Part shown: positions 28,990-38,456 of the stretch, piece by piece
Position numbering within the stretch: position 1 is the stretch's first letter
Layout of the letters: every line of letters starts with the position of its first letter
Assembly (NCBI GenBank): GCA_963840035.1
Contig: CAWIXE010000001.1
Location: 416,001 to 480,000, forward strand
Length of the DNA stretch: 64,000 bases
Direction: 5' to 3'
Source: a candidate division FCPU426 bacterium
GTDB taxonomy: Bacteria; Oederibacteriota; PGYV01; Palsa-1178
Notes under the pieces: model-generated
Databases searched by the model: none
Told to the model about the DNA's origin: nothing
Seen by the model: the letters and a program-made list of their open reading frames with translations, nothing else
Made by a program: the position numbers and the translations under genes

Positions 28990-29613
28990 ATGAAAAAACA
29001 TACACTCGACGAAAGAGAAACAGAAACACTGCGGCAGATTCGCAACTGGCTTATGAGCAAGGGCTACTCACCTTCGGTGAGGGATCTGACAAGTGCCCTG
29101 GGGTACAAATCACCCAGGTCTATCTCAGTCCTGCTCGAAAAGCTTACGGAAAAACAGGCTATAAAAAGGGATAAGGAAGGCAACATCCAGATTATCAATA
29201 ATTTCGCGGGAGACGAGTCCAGGGTGGCCACCACTGACATTCCGCTGGTCGGCTCGGTTGCCTGCGGAGCGCCGGTTTTTGCCGAGGAAAACATCGTGGA
29301 CAGGATACCCGTCGACACCAGGCTGGTAAAAGCGCCGCACCGTTATTTCTTTTTAACGGCAAAGGGCGATTCCATGAATTTAAAGGGCATTAATGAAGGA
29401 GACATGCTCTTAATCCGCCAGCAGAACACTGCCAAGGAAGGAGACATAGTCGTGGCGCTTATTAATGACGAAGCCACGGTAAAGGAATTTTCCAGGACAA
29501 AGAACCTGGTCATCTTAAAACCACATTCAAAAAATACGAAACACAAACCCATAATAGTCACGCAGGACCTTATGATACAGGGTATTGTCACTTCAGTAAT
29601 ACCTACCGCATAA
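28990..29613 (+). CDS. lexA: SOS repressor LexA
   Basis: GYSPSVRDL winged helix, VACGAP cleavage site, GDSM catalytic Ser, TVK catalytic Lys; directly upstream of recA. Confidence 0.93.
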   Translation: MKKHTLDERETETLRQIRNWLMSKGYSPSVRDLTSALGYKSPRSISVLLEKLTEKQAIKRDKEGNIQIINNFAGDESRVATTDIPLVGSVACGAPVFAEENIVDRIPVDTRLVKAPHRYFFLTAKGDSMNLKGINEGDMLLIRQQNTAKEGDIVVALINDEATVKEFSRTKNLVILKPHSKNTKHKPIIVTQDLMIQGIVTSVIPTA

Positions 29614-29640
29614 AATCCGGCAGGTTCAAGGTTAATTATT

Positions 29641-29666
29641 TGTAGAGCGGCGGCTTGCTGCCGCTC
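29641..29666. repeat. GTAG-type REP between lexA and recA
   Basis: TGTAGAGCGGCGGCTTGCTGCCGCTC; related unit at 46982-47007. Confidence 0.75.
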
Positions 29667-29750
29667 AAACGGCAGAAGTAATATATGGAAAACCCGCCAA
29701 AGGCGGTGTAAAACACGGAGTAAAGCCACGGGGCTTAGAGGGAGAGTACC

Positions 29751-30911
29751 ATGAGTGACGACAAGAAAAAAGCTTTAGAACTCGCGATTAGCCAGATTGA
29801 AAAGCAGTTCGGGAAAGGTTCCATCATGAAACTTGGAAAAGCGCAGGCAACAAGGGTCGAAACCATAACAACAGGCGCGCTCTCGCTTGACCTCGCCCTC
29901 GGCGGCGGCATACCGCGCGGCAGGATAATTGAAGTATTCGGGCCGGAATCATCAGGCAAGTCAACTCTCGCAATGTCCATCGTGGCAAAGTGCCAGCAAA
30001 ACGGCGGCAATGCCGCGTATGTGGACGCTGAAAACGCCATGGACGTTGATTACGCTAAAAATGTCGGCATAGACGTCGATAACCTGCTTATATCACAGCC
30101 GGACACCGGCGAGCAGGCGCTTGACATAGTGGAGACGCTTGTGCGCTCCGGCGCTGTTGATGTTATCGTGGTTGACTCGGTAGCGGCGCTTGTGCCAAAG
30201 GCCGAGATAGAAGGCGAGATGGGCGATTCCCACATGGGGCTTCAGGCAAGGCTTATGTCACAGGCCATGAGGAAATTAACAGCTATCATCAGCAAGTCAA
30301 AAACAATAGTAATCTTCATCAATCAGATAAGGGAAAAGATCGGCGTTATGTTCGGAAACCCGGAAACAACCCCGGGCGGACGCGCGCTTAAGTTCTATTC
30401 ATCAGTGAGGATAGACATACGCAGGGTGGAAGCCATTAAAAAAGGCGACGTGGTCGTAGGAAACAGGGTAAAGGGAAAGATAGTAAAAAATAAAGTGGCG
30501 CCGCCTTTCAGGGAAGCCATATTTGAGATCATATTTGGCAAGGGTATAGTTGCCGAGACAGCCATGCTTGACGTGGCAGTGGATAACGGCGTGCTTGAAA
30601 AATCAGGGACATGGTACATATACAACGGCACAAAGATAGGCCAGGGAAGGGAATCAGCGATTACTTACTTAACTGAGAATCCCGAGGTAGCCAGGGAAAT
30701 AGACAAAAAGACCAGGGAAAAATATTTCACCAAGGAAACCCCGGCGGCAAAGCCTGCTGATGAGGCGGACGATCCGGGAGAAATGCCGGAAGAGGATGAG
30801 GAAGTAAAGGATACGCCTGTTGCGGATATGTCCAGGGTGAAGACAAAGGAAGAGATGAAGGACGCGGCAAAGGAAGCAAAAGAGGCAAGAAAAGCAGCTA
30901 AAAAAAGGTAA
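29751..30911 (+). CDS. recA: Recombinase A
   Basis: [42 protein letters not shown] and KNKVAPPF motifs. Confidence 0.99.
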   Translation: MSDDKKKALELAISQIEKQFGKGSIMKLGKAQATRVETITTGALSLDLALGGGIPRGRIIEVFGPESSGKSTLAMSIVAKCQQNGGNAAYVDAENAMDVDYAKNVGIDVDNLLISQPDTGEQALDIVETLVRSGAVDVIVVDSVAALVPKAEIEGEMGDSHMGLQARLMSQAMRKLTAIISKSKTIVIFINQIREKIGVMFGNPETTPGGRALKFYSSVRIDIRRVEAIKKGDVVVGNRVKGKIVKNKVAPPFREAIFEIIFGKGIVAETAMLDVAVDNGVLEKSGTWYIYNGTKIGQGRESAITYLTENPEVAREIDKKTREKYFTKETPAAKPADEADDPGEMPEEDEEVKDTPVADMSRVKTKEEMKDAAKEAKEARKAAKKR

Positions 30912-30924
30912 GTATATGGAAATA

Positions 30925-30956
30925 AAAAGGCCGGTTCCTCAAAGGACCGGCCTTTT
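30925..30956. terminator. Intrinsic terminator after recA
   Basis: AAAAGGCCGGT...ACCGGCCTTTT. Confidence 0.8.
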
Positions 30957-30976
30957 GTTTTTTCATTCGGTTTAAA

Positions 30977-31028
30977 AATACTAAAGTAATACTTTAGTAT
31001 TGACATTGATGTTTTCCTCCACTATACT
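30977..31028 (+). promoter_or_regulatory. Promoter with a perfect 12-bp inverted-repeat operator
   Basis: AATACTAAAGTA-A-TACTTTAGTATT (30977-31001) overlapping TTGACA (31000)-17 nt-TATACT (31023). Confidence 0.8.
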
Positions 31029-31066
31029 TTTATTAAGGCCAGACGATTAAAAGGAGGTAAACAACA

Positions 31067-31315
31067 ATGCCAAGAGTCGTAACCTTTACGGTAAAGATTG
31101 AAGATGATAAGAGGGACTTACTCAGGGAGTATTGTAATAAAAGCGGCATTAAGATACAGAAGTTTTTAGGCAACGCGATTCAGCACGAAGTGGAGAGGGA
31201 AACCATGAAGGAAGATTTAATGATATATCAGGATTATATTAAGCGCGGGAAAAAGACCGCACGAAGCTATAGCCAGGGGGAATTTTCCAGGGAAATGGGA
31301 TATAAAATTAAATGA
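31067..31315 (+). CDS. Ribbon-helix-helix antitoxin-like protein
   Basis: VVTFTVKIEDDKRDLLREYC...IQKFLGNAI, a beta-alpha-alpha pattern; AGGAGG RBS. Confidence 0.65.
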   Translation: MPRVVTFTVKIEDDKRDLLREYCNKSGIKIQKFLGNAIQHEVERETMKEDLMIYQDYIKRGKKTARSYSQGEFSREMGYKIK

Positions 31316-31572
31316 CGGCAATGAATCTTGTGAGTTTTACACAGCAGGCAAAGTCTGACCTAAAAATACTCCATCCCGCGCCGGCGCAGGGTAAAGAAAT
31401 CGCAGACTATATCTTTAAAACCCTGAGCCGGAGGAATAAACCCATGGATGAGTACGAAGACACGTACAGGATTCAGGCAGACTTTTTTTGCTGTGTACAT
31501 TTAAATACGGGGATATATTTTGAAAGGGAAAAGAACGGGACTGTCATCATATCAAGGATAATTCAAAGATAA
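31312..31572 (+). CDS. RelE/ParE-like toxin candidate
   Basis: VSFTQQAKSDL start, YRI, and IYF...VIISRI end; ATGA overlap with the upstream gene. Confidence 0.55.
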   Translation: MTAMNLVSFTQQAKSDLKILHPAPAQGKEIADYIFKTLSRRNKPMDEYEDTYRIQADFFCCVHLNTGIYFEREKNGTVIISRIIQR

Positions 31573-31760
31573 CGGGAGCTTTTGTCTGTAATGGATTTAT
31601 TTGGCCTGCCACGGGATAGTATAATGCCTGCAACGCGGTTGGATATAATCCGCCCGCTTCAAAAACAACCCCAAAAAAAGCCTTTAAAACCCCACCTTTA
31701 CGGTATATAATACTCAAATGATTTTGCATTTTATGTAAAGGGAAAAGGAAAGGACAGGAA

Positions 31761-33944
31761 ATGAAGGCATTTTTTAAGGTTTTTTTCATCATTACAGCGG
31801 TCATACTTGCGCTTATTATTGCGGCTGTGGCCACTATACCATTATGGCTGCCTGCTGATAAGCTTAAGGACATGCTCGTGGAGCAGATAACCGCGCAGAC
31901 AGGCAGGGACGCGGTCATAGACGGGCTGAAGTTTGACATATTTAAGGGCATAGAACTGACCGGCGTCTCGCTTAAGGAGTCGGCAAGGTATAAAAAACGC
32001 GACTTTATCAAAGACGATAAAATAATTTTAAAATACAACCTGCCCGCGCTTTTCGCGGGGGAACTGGTCATAAGCAAGTTTGAGCTCATAGCCCCTTACT
32101 GCGAAATAGTAAAGGAAGAAACGGGTAAGTTCAATTTTTCCGACATCATAGAGTTTCAGTCCAGGAAAAAGGAAGAGAAAACAATAAAAGAAGGGGCCTT
32201 AAGCGCTCAGAAAAAAAACCCGGGTACAGCCGCAAAAAAGATACCATTCCTGAAAAACATAATTATTACATCGGTGAAAGTCAGCGGCGGAAAATTCGCT
32301 TACGCGGACTACTCAAAGGAAAAGCCCGTCTATTCAAAACTTGAGGATTTTAATTTTGACATAGAGGATATTGTCTTAAGCGCCGTCAAACCCATATCCA
32401 TGGAACTTTCCTGCGTTGCTTTCTACAACGAGTATAAACTGCCTGTATCTGCAAAGGCAAAGATAAAGGCGGACCTGATAAACAAGTCAGCTGACCTGTC
32501 GCTGACAAGCTTCCTGTTGGGAGGGATATCATCCACGGGAACGGTTAAAATAACAAACTTTTCAGACGCGAAAGGCACCATGACATCTTCATCCACGCTG
32601 AAAAAAATGATGGAGATACTTCCCGGGGAAATGACGGATAAGTTAAAGGATATTAACGCCGATATGGACGTGACCAACGAGGCAAATTTCTCATATATAT
32701 CCGGAAAACTTAAATACGACGATACGCTGAGCATGGACAAAGGATCGGTTTTATATAAGGACAGGAAAGCGGCCGAGAATATAAAAGGCAAGATAAAAAT
32801 TAACAGTGATTTTGACATGACCGGCGAGGCGTCATTGCTTCTGACCGGAAACGAAGTAAGCGTTAAGCTTTCAGGAAGCGACATCATGGATACGGACAGG
32901 GGCAGGGTAAACGTGGACATATATTCCCCCAAGTTTGCCGTTGAGTATCTGGTCGCCATGTTTCCTAAAAAATCAACTTCCACGGCAAAGGCAGCCGCAA
33001 AATCAAAAAGCAAAACAGCCGCAAAAAAGAAGGAGATAAAATCTCCGGGGGTTTATATATCCCTGAAAGCTGATTCCATTTATTATAAGGATGTAACCGC
33101 GGGAAAGACCATATCAAGCATAAGGTTCAATAAAGGGAAATTATATTCTGAAACATCCATGTCGGCTTATGAAGGGCATCTGAACATCAACCTGATAGCT
33201 GACATAAATACCGAAGACTATTCTGTAGAGGCGCTGATTAATAAGGTTAAGATACACGAGTTTGTGGATGACGCCATAACAGTTATGCCCAGGAAAGACC
33301 CGAAAAAGAAGACCATACTTGACGATATGAAGGATAAGGTCTACGGCACCATGGATATGAAGGCCGGGTTTTCAGGAAGCACATTTAAAGATACTGCGCA
33401 TACCATGTCAGGTAAAGGCGGTTTTTCAGTTAAAAACGGAAGGCTGACCGCCGTGAAAATGGCTGAGAATATCGGCAAAGCCCTGAAAATAGACTCACTG
33501 CAGAAAGACATACCTTTTGAGCTCATGGCTGCTGATTTTGCCATGGCAGGCGGGAAAATATCCACGAATAATTTCAGGATATATAACGGGCCCAACGGCA
33601 TGGAAGGCGACATGAAAATAGAAGGCGCCGGTTATGAGACCGTGGACGATAAAATCGATTTCAGGATGAAAATAGACTTTAATCCCAGGGTGGCAAAGGA
33701 AATACTTGGATCAATAGGAGGCATGCTCTCCATAAAGGACACGCAGTTCGCCTGTAATAAAGATGGCTGGCTGCCTGTGGATGTCAGGGTTTACAATACC
33801 GTAAAAGAACAAAAATACGACTTAAGCCAGCCCAGGATGACGGATAACATAAAAAAGAATATGGTTAAAAAGGTTGAAGACCAGGGCAAAAAATACATAG
33901 AAGATAAGGCCAAAGACCTTATTAAAAATCTTTTCGGCAAATGA
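31761..33944 (+). CDS. AsmA family protein
   Basis: N-terminal TM anchor, QTGR, GKFNFSD, and a C-terminal GGFSVKNGRL/FELMAADF beta-taco pattern. Confidence 0.8.
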   Translation: MKAFFKVFFIITAVILALIIAAVATIPLWLPADKLKDMLVEQITAQTGRDAVIDGLKFDIFKGIELTGVSLKESARYKKRDFIKDDKIILKYNLPALFAGELVISKFELIAPYCEIVKEETGKFNFSDIIEFQSRKKEEKTIKEGALSAQKKNPGTAAKKIPFLKNIIITSVKVSGGKFAYADYSKEKPVYSKLEDFNFDIEDIVLSAVKPISMELSCVAFYNEYKLPVSAKAKIKADLINKSADLSLTSFLLGGISSTGTVKITNFSDAKGTMTSSSTLKKMMEILPGEMTDKLKDINADMDVTNEANFSYISGKLKYDDTLSMDKGSVLYKDRKAAENIKGKIKINSDFDMTGEASLLLTGNEVSVKLSGSDIMDTDRGRVNVDIYSPKFAVEYLVAMFPKKSTSTAKAAAKSKSKTAAKKKEIKSPGVYISLKADSIYYKDVTAGKTISSIRFNKGKLYSETSMSAYEGHLNINLIADINTEDYSVEALINKVKIHEFVDDAITVMPRKDPKKKTILDDMKDKVYGTMDMKAGFSGSTFKDTAHTMSGKGGFSVKNGRLTAVKMAENIGKALKIDSLQKDIPFELMAADFAMAGGKISTNNFRIYNGPNGMEGDMKIEGAGYETVDDKIDFRMKIDFNPRVAKEILGSIGGMLSIKDTQFACNKDGWLPVDVRVYNTVKEQKYDLSQPRMTDNIKKNMVKKVEDQGKKYIEDKAKDLIKNLFGK

Positions 33945-34966
33945 AAAAAATACTTCTCATAACGCTGCTGCCGGTTTTCTTCATGGCAGGCTGCGCCACA
34001 AATCCCGTGAAAGTTTATAAGGACGCGGGAGAGGCGGACGTAATTTTAACCGGGGACATTATGCTCGGAAGGTCCATGGACCCTCTGACGGACAAGAACG
34101 GCGTTAACTACCCCTTTGACGATATAGCAAAATACTTAAAGCCCTATCCGGTGATATTCGGCAACCTTGAGGCTCCCTTCGTGGATGAAGAGAACATGCC
34201 GTCAGTTAAAAAATATAAAAAAAAGTCGATATACCTCTATGTTGACGACAGGATGGCCGACGGATTCCTTAACGCCGGGTTTAACGTATTGTCCCTTGCC
34301 AATAACCATATACTTGATTACGGGCAGGAAGGGCTTTTGCACACAATGCAGGTGCTGGAAAAGAAAAAAATATTATACGGGGGCATAGTCAAAGGAGACC
34401 TTGGAAAGCCGAATGAGCCTATAATCATTGAGAGCAATGGCGTAAGGATAGGCTTCCTGTGCTATTCAAGGGTGTCACACAAGGGATTCAAGGCAAGCCC
34501 GAAAAATTACGGCACTATCCCGGGAATGTATAAGGAAATAAAAAGGGATATGAAGAACGCAAGGCCAAAGGTTGACATACTCGCCGTTTACATGCACTGG
34601 GGGCTGGAAGGAAGGGAAGTACAGCCTAAGCAGGTGTCGCTTGCCAGGGGAATAATAGGGCTCGGCGCGGACGTGGTCTTCGGCTCGCATACGCATCTAT
34701 TCCAGGACATTGAGAAATATAAAGGGAAATACATTTTTTACGGGCTTGGGAATTTCATATTCGACATGAAGGCGGATATTTCAAGGTACAGCGGTTTCGT
34801 TACCCTGCATATTAAGGATAAAAAGATAAAGTCCGCGGAAGTAACCCCGCTATACCTGACGGATTTCAGGCCGGAGGTTATAACTGATAAGGCGGAGCTG
34901 GACAAGTTCTTCTCCGGGGTGAAGCTTAAAAACTTAAAGAAAGAGGAAATATACAAGGCGCAATAA
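33941..34966 (+). CDS. CapA-family metallophosphoesterase lipoprotein
   Basis: TGDIMLGR, GNLEAP, SLANNHILDYG, MHWG, GSHTH and YGLGNFIF motifs. Confidence 0.92.
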   Translation: MKKILLITLLPVFFMAGCATNPVKVYKDAGEADVILTGDIMLGRSMDPLTDKNGVNYPFDDIAKYLKPYPVIFGNLEAPFVDEENMPSVKKYKKKSIYLYVDDRMADGFLNAGFNVLSLANNHILDYGQEGLLHTMQVLEKKKILYGGIVKGDLGKPNEPIIIESNGVRIGFLCYSRVSHKGFKASPKNYGTIPGMYKEIKRDMKNARPKVDILAVYMHWGLEGREVQPKQVSLARGIIGLGADVVFGSHTHLFQDIEKYKGKYIFYGLGNFIFDMKADISRYSGFVTLHIKDKKIKSAEVTPLYLTDFRPEVITDKAELDKFFSGVKLKNLKKEEIYKAQ

Positions 34967-35015
34967 GGCAGGAAATATTAAGGCAAACCGGCTATAAACA
35001 ACATAAATAAAAAAA

Positions 35016-35033
35016 GCGGGGCTTTCGCCCCGC
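35016..35033 (-). terminator. Intrinsic terminator downstream of the tRNA
   Basis: GCGGGGC-TTTC-GCCCCGC hairpin with an A-run on the left. Confidence 0.7.
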
Positions 35034-35042
35034 CTGATATTT

Positions 35043-35119
35043 TGGTGGGCCCTGATGGACTTGAACCATCGGCCAACAGATTATGAGTCTGCTGCTCTAA
35101 CCGACTGAGCTAAGGGCCC
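35043..35119 (-). tRNA. tRNA-Ile2 (anticodon CAT, lysidine type)
   Basis: GGGCCCTTAGCTCAGTCGGTTAGAGCAGCAGACTCATAATCTGTTGGCCGATGGTTCAAGTCCATCAGGGCCCACCA; paired G1-C72 and ileX-like body; upstream TTGACT-17-TAAAAT promoter. Confidence 0.9.
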
Positions 35120-35265
35120 ACGCTATTTTGAATAGATACTATTTTATTTTTTTTGCCTTCTAAAGTCAAGGGTTATTTAGGGGAATACATATTTGATGAA
35201 TATTCGGTATTTTATGATAATATGTATATAGCGCCGGTTAAAAGTATATATTTAAGGAGAAAACA

Positions 35266-35991
35266 ATGAAAAAAACAGCTTTAGCCCTTGCCATATTAAT
35301 GGTTTTTGCCGGATTTTTAGCGGCGAAATCAAAGCAGAGAGTTGAGGCTAACCCCGGGGACATATTAAAATACATCCACTGGCTCCATCATTCAAGTTTT
35401 AAAATTGAGGCTATGGGAAGGGTCATATACATCGATCCATACCAGGTTAAAGACACAACACCTGCTGATTATATTTTCATTACGCATGCCCATCCGGACC
35501 ACTTCTCAATTCCTGACATAAATAAACTTAAGAAAAAAGATACCCTGATAATATGCCCTAAAAAGGTGGCGGAAAAACTAAAAGGCTATAATGTAAAGGA
35601 AGTAAAGCCCGGGGATATTCTCTTAATGGCCGGGGTAAAAGCCGAGGCAGTTCCTGCATACAATAACTGGAAAATATTCCACCCGAAGGGCGACCTCAAC
35701 GTTGGATATGTGCTTACCATAAACGGTTGGAGGATTTACCACGCGGGCGATACGGACTTTATCCCTGAAATGAAGCAGCTGCAAAACCTGACCGTTGCCA
35801 TGGTGCCCATAGACGGAATTTTTGCCATGTCGGCAAAAGAAGCGGCTAAGGCCATAAATACGATGAAGCCCCTTTATGCCGTGCCCATGCATTACGGATT
35901 CAATAAACTTGTAAAAAAGGATGCCGCTGAAAAATTCAAGGCGCTGGTTGATAATGGCATTACAGTGGAGATATTAAAACAGGAAGAGTGA
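35266..35991 (+). CDS. Secreted MBL-fold metallo-hydrolase
   Basis: THAHPDHF, YHAGDT and PMHYG motifs; signal peptide. Confidence 0.9.
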   Translation: MKKTALALAILMVFAGFLAAKSKQRVEANPGDILKYIHWLHHSSFKIEAMGRVIYIDPYQVKDTTPADYIFITHAHPDHFSIPDINKLKKKDTLIICPKKVAEKLKGYNVKEVKPGDILLMAGVKAEAVPAYNNWKIFHPKGDLNVGYVLTINGWRIYHAGDTDFIPEMKQLQNLTVAMVPIDGIFAMSAKEAAKAINTMKPLYAVPMHYGFNKLVKKDAAEKFKALVDNGITVEILKQEE

Positions 35992-36135
35992 TGTGGTAAG
36001 AGGAAAGAAGAGACTGGAGACAAGAGACAGGAACCAGGTGGTATGTTTTTGTTCTGACTATTGAGACCACTGAGACTTCTGAGATTATTGAGACTGCCTT
36101 TATGATTGAAGATCTTGAACCACCGGGGGTGTTGT

Positions 36136-36693
36136 ATGTTATCGCAGGAGCAAAAGAAGGAACTTTTAGTACTTGCCAGAACCACCATAGAAAACTATGT
36201 TGAAAAAGGGACTATGCCAAAATATATCCCGACAGACCCTGTGCTTAAGGAAAAATGCGGGGCGTTTGTGACCATACATAACAGCGGCCGGCTCAGGGGA
36301 TGCATAGGTATGATAGAGGGCAGGCAGCCGCTTACTGACACTATAATAGAAATGTCAATTGAAGCGTCAAACAATGACCCCAGGTTTGACCCGGTGGAAA
36401 AAGAGGAATTAAAGGAAATTGATATTGAGATATCAGTGCTCTTCCCTCCAAGGAAGATAGCCTCATATGAGGAAGTGGAGCTTGGAAAGCACGGCGTGAT
36501 AGTAAAAAGGGGGTTTGCCAGCGGCGTATTTCTGCCGCAGGTGGCCACAGAGACCGGCTGGTCTCTGGATGAATTCATGAGCAATCTCTGCGCAGGCAAA
36601 GCCGGCCTTCCGGCGGACAGCTATAAAGACCCGAAAACGGAAATATATGTTTTTGATGCGGAAGTGTTCAGCGAAAAAGAAATGCTAAAATAG
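36136..36693 (+). CDS. amrA: AmmeMemoRadiSam system protein A (AMMECR1)
   Basis: GAFVT, LRGCIG, DPRF, EISVL, FLPQVA and KAGL motifs. Confidence 0.92.
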   Translation: MLSQEQKKELLVLARTTIENYVEKGTMPKYIPTDPVLKEKCGAFVTIHNSGRLRGCIGMIEGRQPLTDTIIEMSIEASNNDPRFDPVEKEELKEIDIEISVLFPPRKIASYEEVELGKHGVIVKRGFASGVFLPQVATETGWSLDEFMSNLCAGKAGLPADSYKDPKTEIYVFDAEVFSEKEMLK

Positions 36694-36730
36694 CAAAGAT
36701 GAAAAATAATCAATCAACATTGTTCGGGGT

Positions 36731-36841
36731 TGTGCCAGCCACAGGACGATTTTCCTTATGGATTGCGCAGCACAGTCCGCCGAAGCTTTAGCGAAGACGG
36801 ATAGCGCAGGCCATAAGGAAAATCGTCCTGCAACTGGCACA
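36731..36841. repeat. Long hairpin with ATGGATTGCGCAG/TAGCGCAGGCCAT core and nested insert
   Basis: Core shared with 45560-45631; loop carries the extra hairpin CCGCCGAAGCTTTAGCGAAGACGG. Confidence 0.75.
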
Positions 36842-36934
36842 TTGGGAATTAAACTTAACTTAAGGCACGGAGGGCGCACATAGCACGCGCCACCCACCAC
36901 GAATTTGATCGAACAAGGAAATTAAGGAGCATAT

Positions 36935-37690
36935 ATGGATTTCGCGCCAGCAGAATGGAAAGACACACATAAAGTCAAGGTTTATGAATCTGACAATTTA
37001 CAGAGGGGCGGGCTTGTCACGCTTTTTAATTATTTTCAGAACGCGGCGTGGGCGCATTACAATGAAGTGGATAAGGCGCGCGGTCCGTTTCTTACAGCCA
37101 CGCAGATATGGGCAATGACGCGCGCGGAAATACAGGTATACAGGCCTGCGAAGTGGCAGGAGGAAGTCACGGTTGAGACGTGGTCGCGCGGCATGGAAAA
37201 ACTCATGGCTTACAGGGATTTTATCATATGGGATTCAAACGGGAATAAAATCGCGGCAGGCACCGCGTCTTGGGTGGTACTTGACCTGGCAACGAAACGC
37301 ATAATCAGGTTAAATGATATTGCTTCAAAATGGCCGGCAAAAGCTGACGCTTTAAGCATAGGCAAGAACGCGGACAAAATCGAGTCGCCGCAGAACCCTG
37401 AAAAAGGCAGGCCTTTTACCGTCAATTACAGCGACATGGATTTAAACCAGCACGTAAACAGCGCCAGGTACATACAGTGGATGACAGACAGCCTGGGAAG
37501 GGATTTTCTTGAAAAGCATGATGCTGTTAAGTGCGAAGTAAATTATATAGACGAAGCCATGCCTGGCGAAGAAGTATGCATAGGAAAACAGCCGATAAAC
37601 AACGGGCTTGTATATAACCTGAACGTGGTCCGTATAAGCGACAACAAGGAAATGTGCAGGGCAAAAGTGGAGTTTAAGGCAAGGCAGTAA
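36935..37690 (+). CDS. Acyl-ACP thioesterase
   Basis: Double hot-dog fold; YSDMDLNQHVNSARY catalytic motif. Confidence 0.92.
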   Translation: MDFAPAEWKDTHKVKVYESDNLQRGGLVTLFNYFQNAAWAHYNEVDKARGPFLTATQIWAMTRAEIQVYRPAKWQEEVTVETWSRGMEKLMAYRDFIIWDSNGNKIAAGTASWVVLDLATKRIIRLNDIASKWPAKADALSIGKNADKIESPQNPEKGRPFTVNYSDMDLNQHVNSARYIQWMTDSLGRDFLEKHDAVKCEVNYIDEAMPGEEVCIGKQPINNGLVYNLNVVRISDNKEMCRAKVEFKARQ

Positions 37691-37901
37691 TTTTGTAGTC
37701 GCACCCTCTACGCTTCATCGGGGTGCGTACGTGGTGGCTGTTATTTAATGGAAATTAATTTGGGTGTGGGTAAACCAGCAACTGTATAACCCTCATCCTG
37801 ACCTTCTACCCCTCGAGGGGGTACTGAAAATAGCCCCTAAAAGGGGGAAGGAGATGTTACCCCGATAAGCCCGGGGTTTTATTTATCATACGGGAGGGAA
37901 C

Positions 37902-38453
37902 ATGAAGAAAACTTTACTCGTGCTCGCGCTGCTGCTTTTCGTCCCTTTTATTTTTGGAGGAAAAATGGAGAGATTTACCGTCACAAGCAAGGCGTTTTCT
38001 AACGGAGGGGAGATACCATCAGAGTACACATGCGATAGCATAAACATTTCACCGGATATTTCATGGATTGGGGCCCCTAAAAACACAGTAAGTTTCCTGC
38101 TCATATGCGATGATCCGGACATACCTGTAAAGACTAAAGTTATGCAGGAGTGGGTACATTGGGTTATGTATAACATACCTGTTGATGTTAAATCTATAGC
38201 CAAATCCCAGGTAAAACTATCCGTACTGCCCTGGGGAGCCAGGCAGGGCAAGAATGATTCTAAATCCAGCGGTTACAGCGGGCCGTGCCCTCCCAACGGC
38301 GAGCACAGGTACTTTTTCAGGGTATACGCCCTTGATTGTATGCTTGATATAGACCCTTCCAAAGCCACCAAAAGGGCGGTCCTTGACATGGCCAAAGGGC
38401 ATATACTGGGAAGCGGCGAGCTAATGGGAAAATATAAAAGGAAGAAACAATAG
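37902..38453 (+). CDS. YbhB/YbcL PEBP family protein
   Basis: DDPD, WVHWV and YSGPCPPNGEHRYFFRVYALD motifs. Confidence 0.93.
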   Translation: MKKTLLVLALLLFVPFIFGGKMERFTVTSKAFSNGGEIPSEYTCDSINISPDISWIGAPKNTVSFLLICDDPDIPVKTKVMQEWVHWVMYNIPVDVKSIAKSQVKLSVLPWGARQGKNDSKSSGYSGPCPPNGEHRYFFRVYALDCMLDIDPSKATKRAVLDMAKGHILGSGELMGKYKRKKQ

Positions 38454-38456
38454 AAA

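Noticed and set aside
35043..35119. tRNA as an integration site, or as tRNA-Met
   Set aside because: No integrase or duplicated 3' end seen; the sequence fits Ile2 better than initiator or elongator Met.
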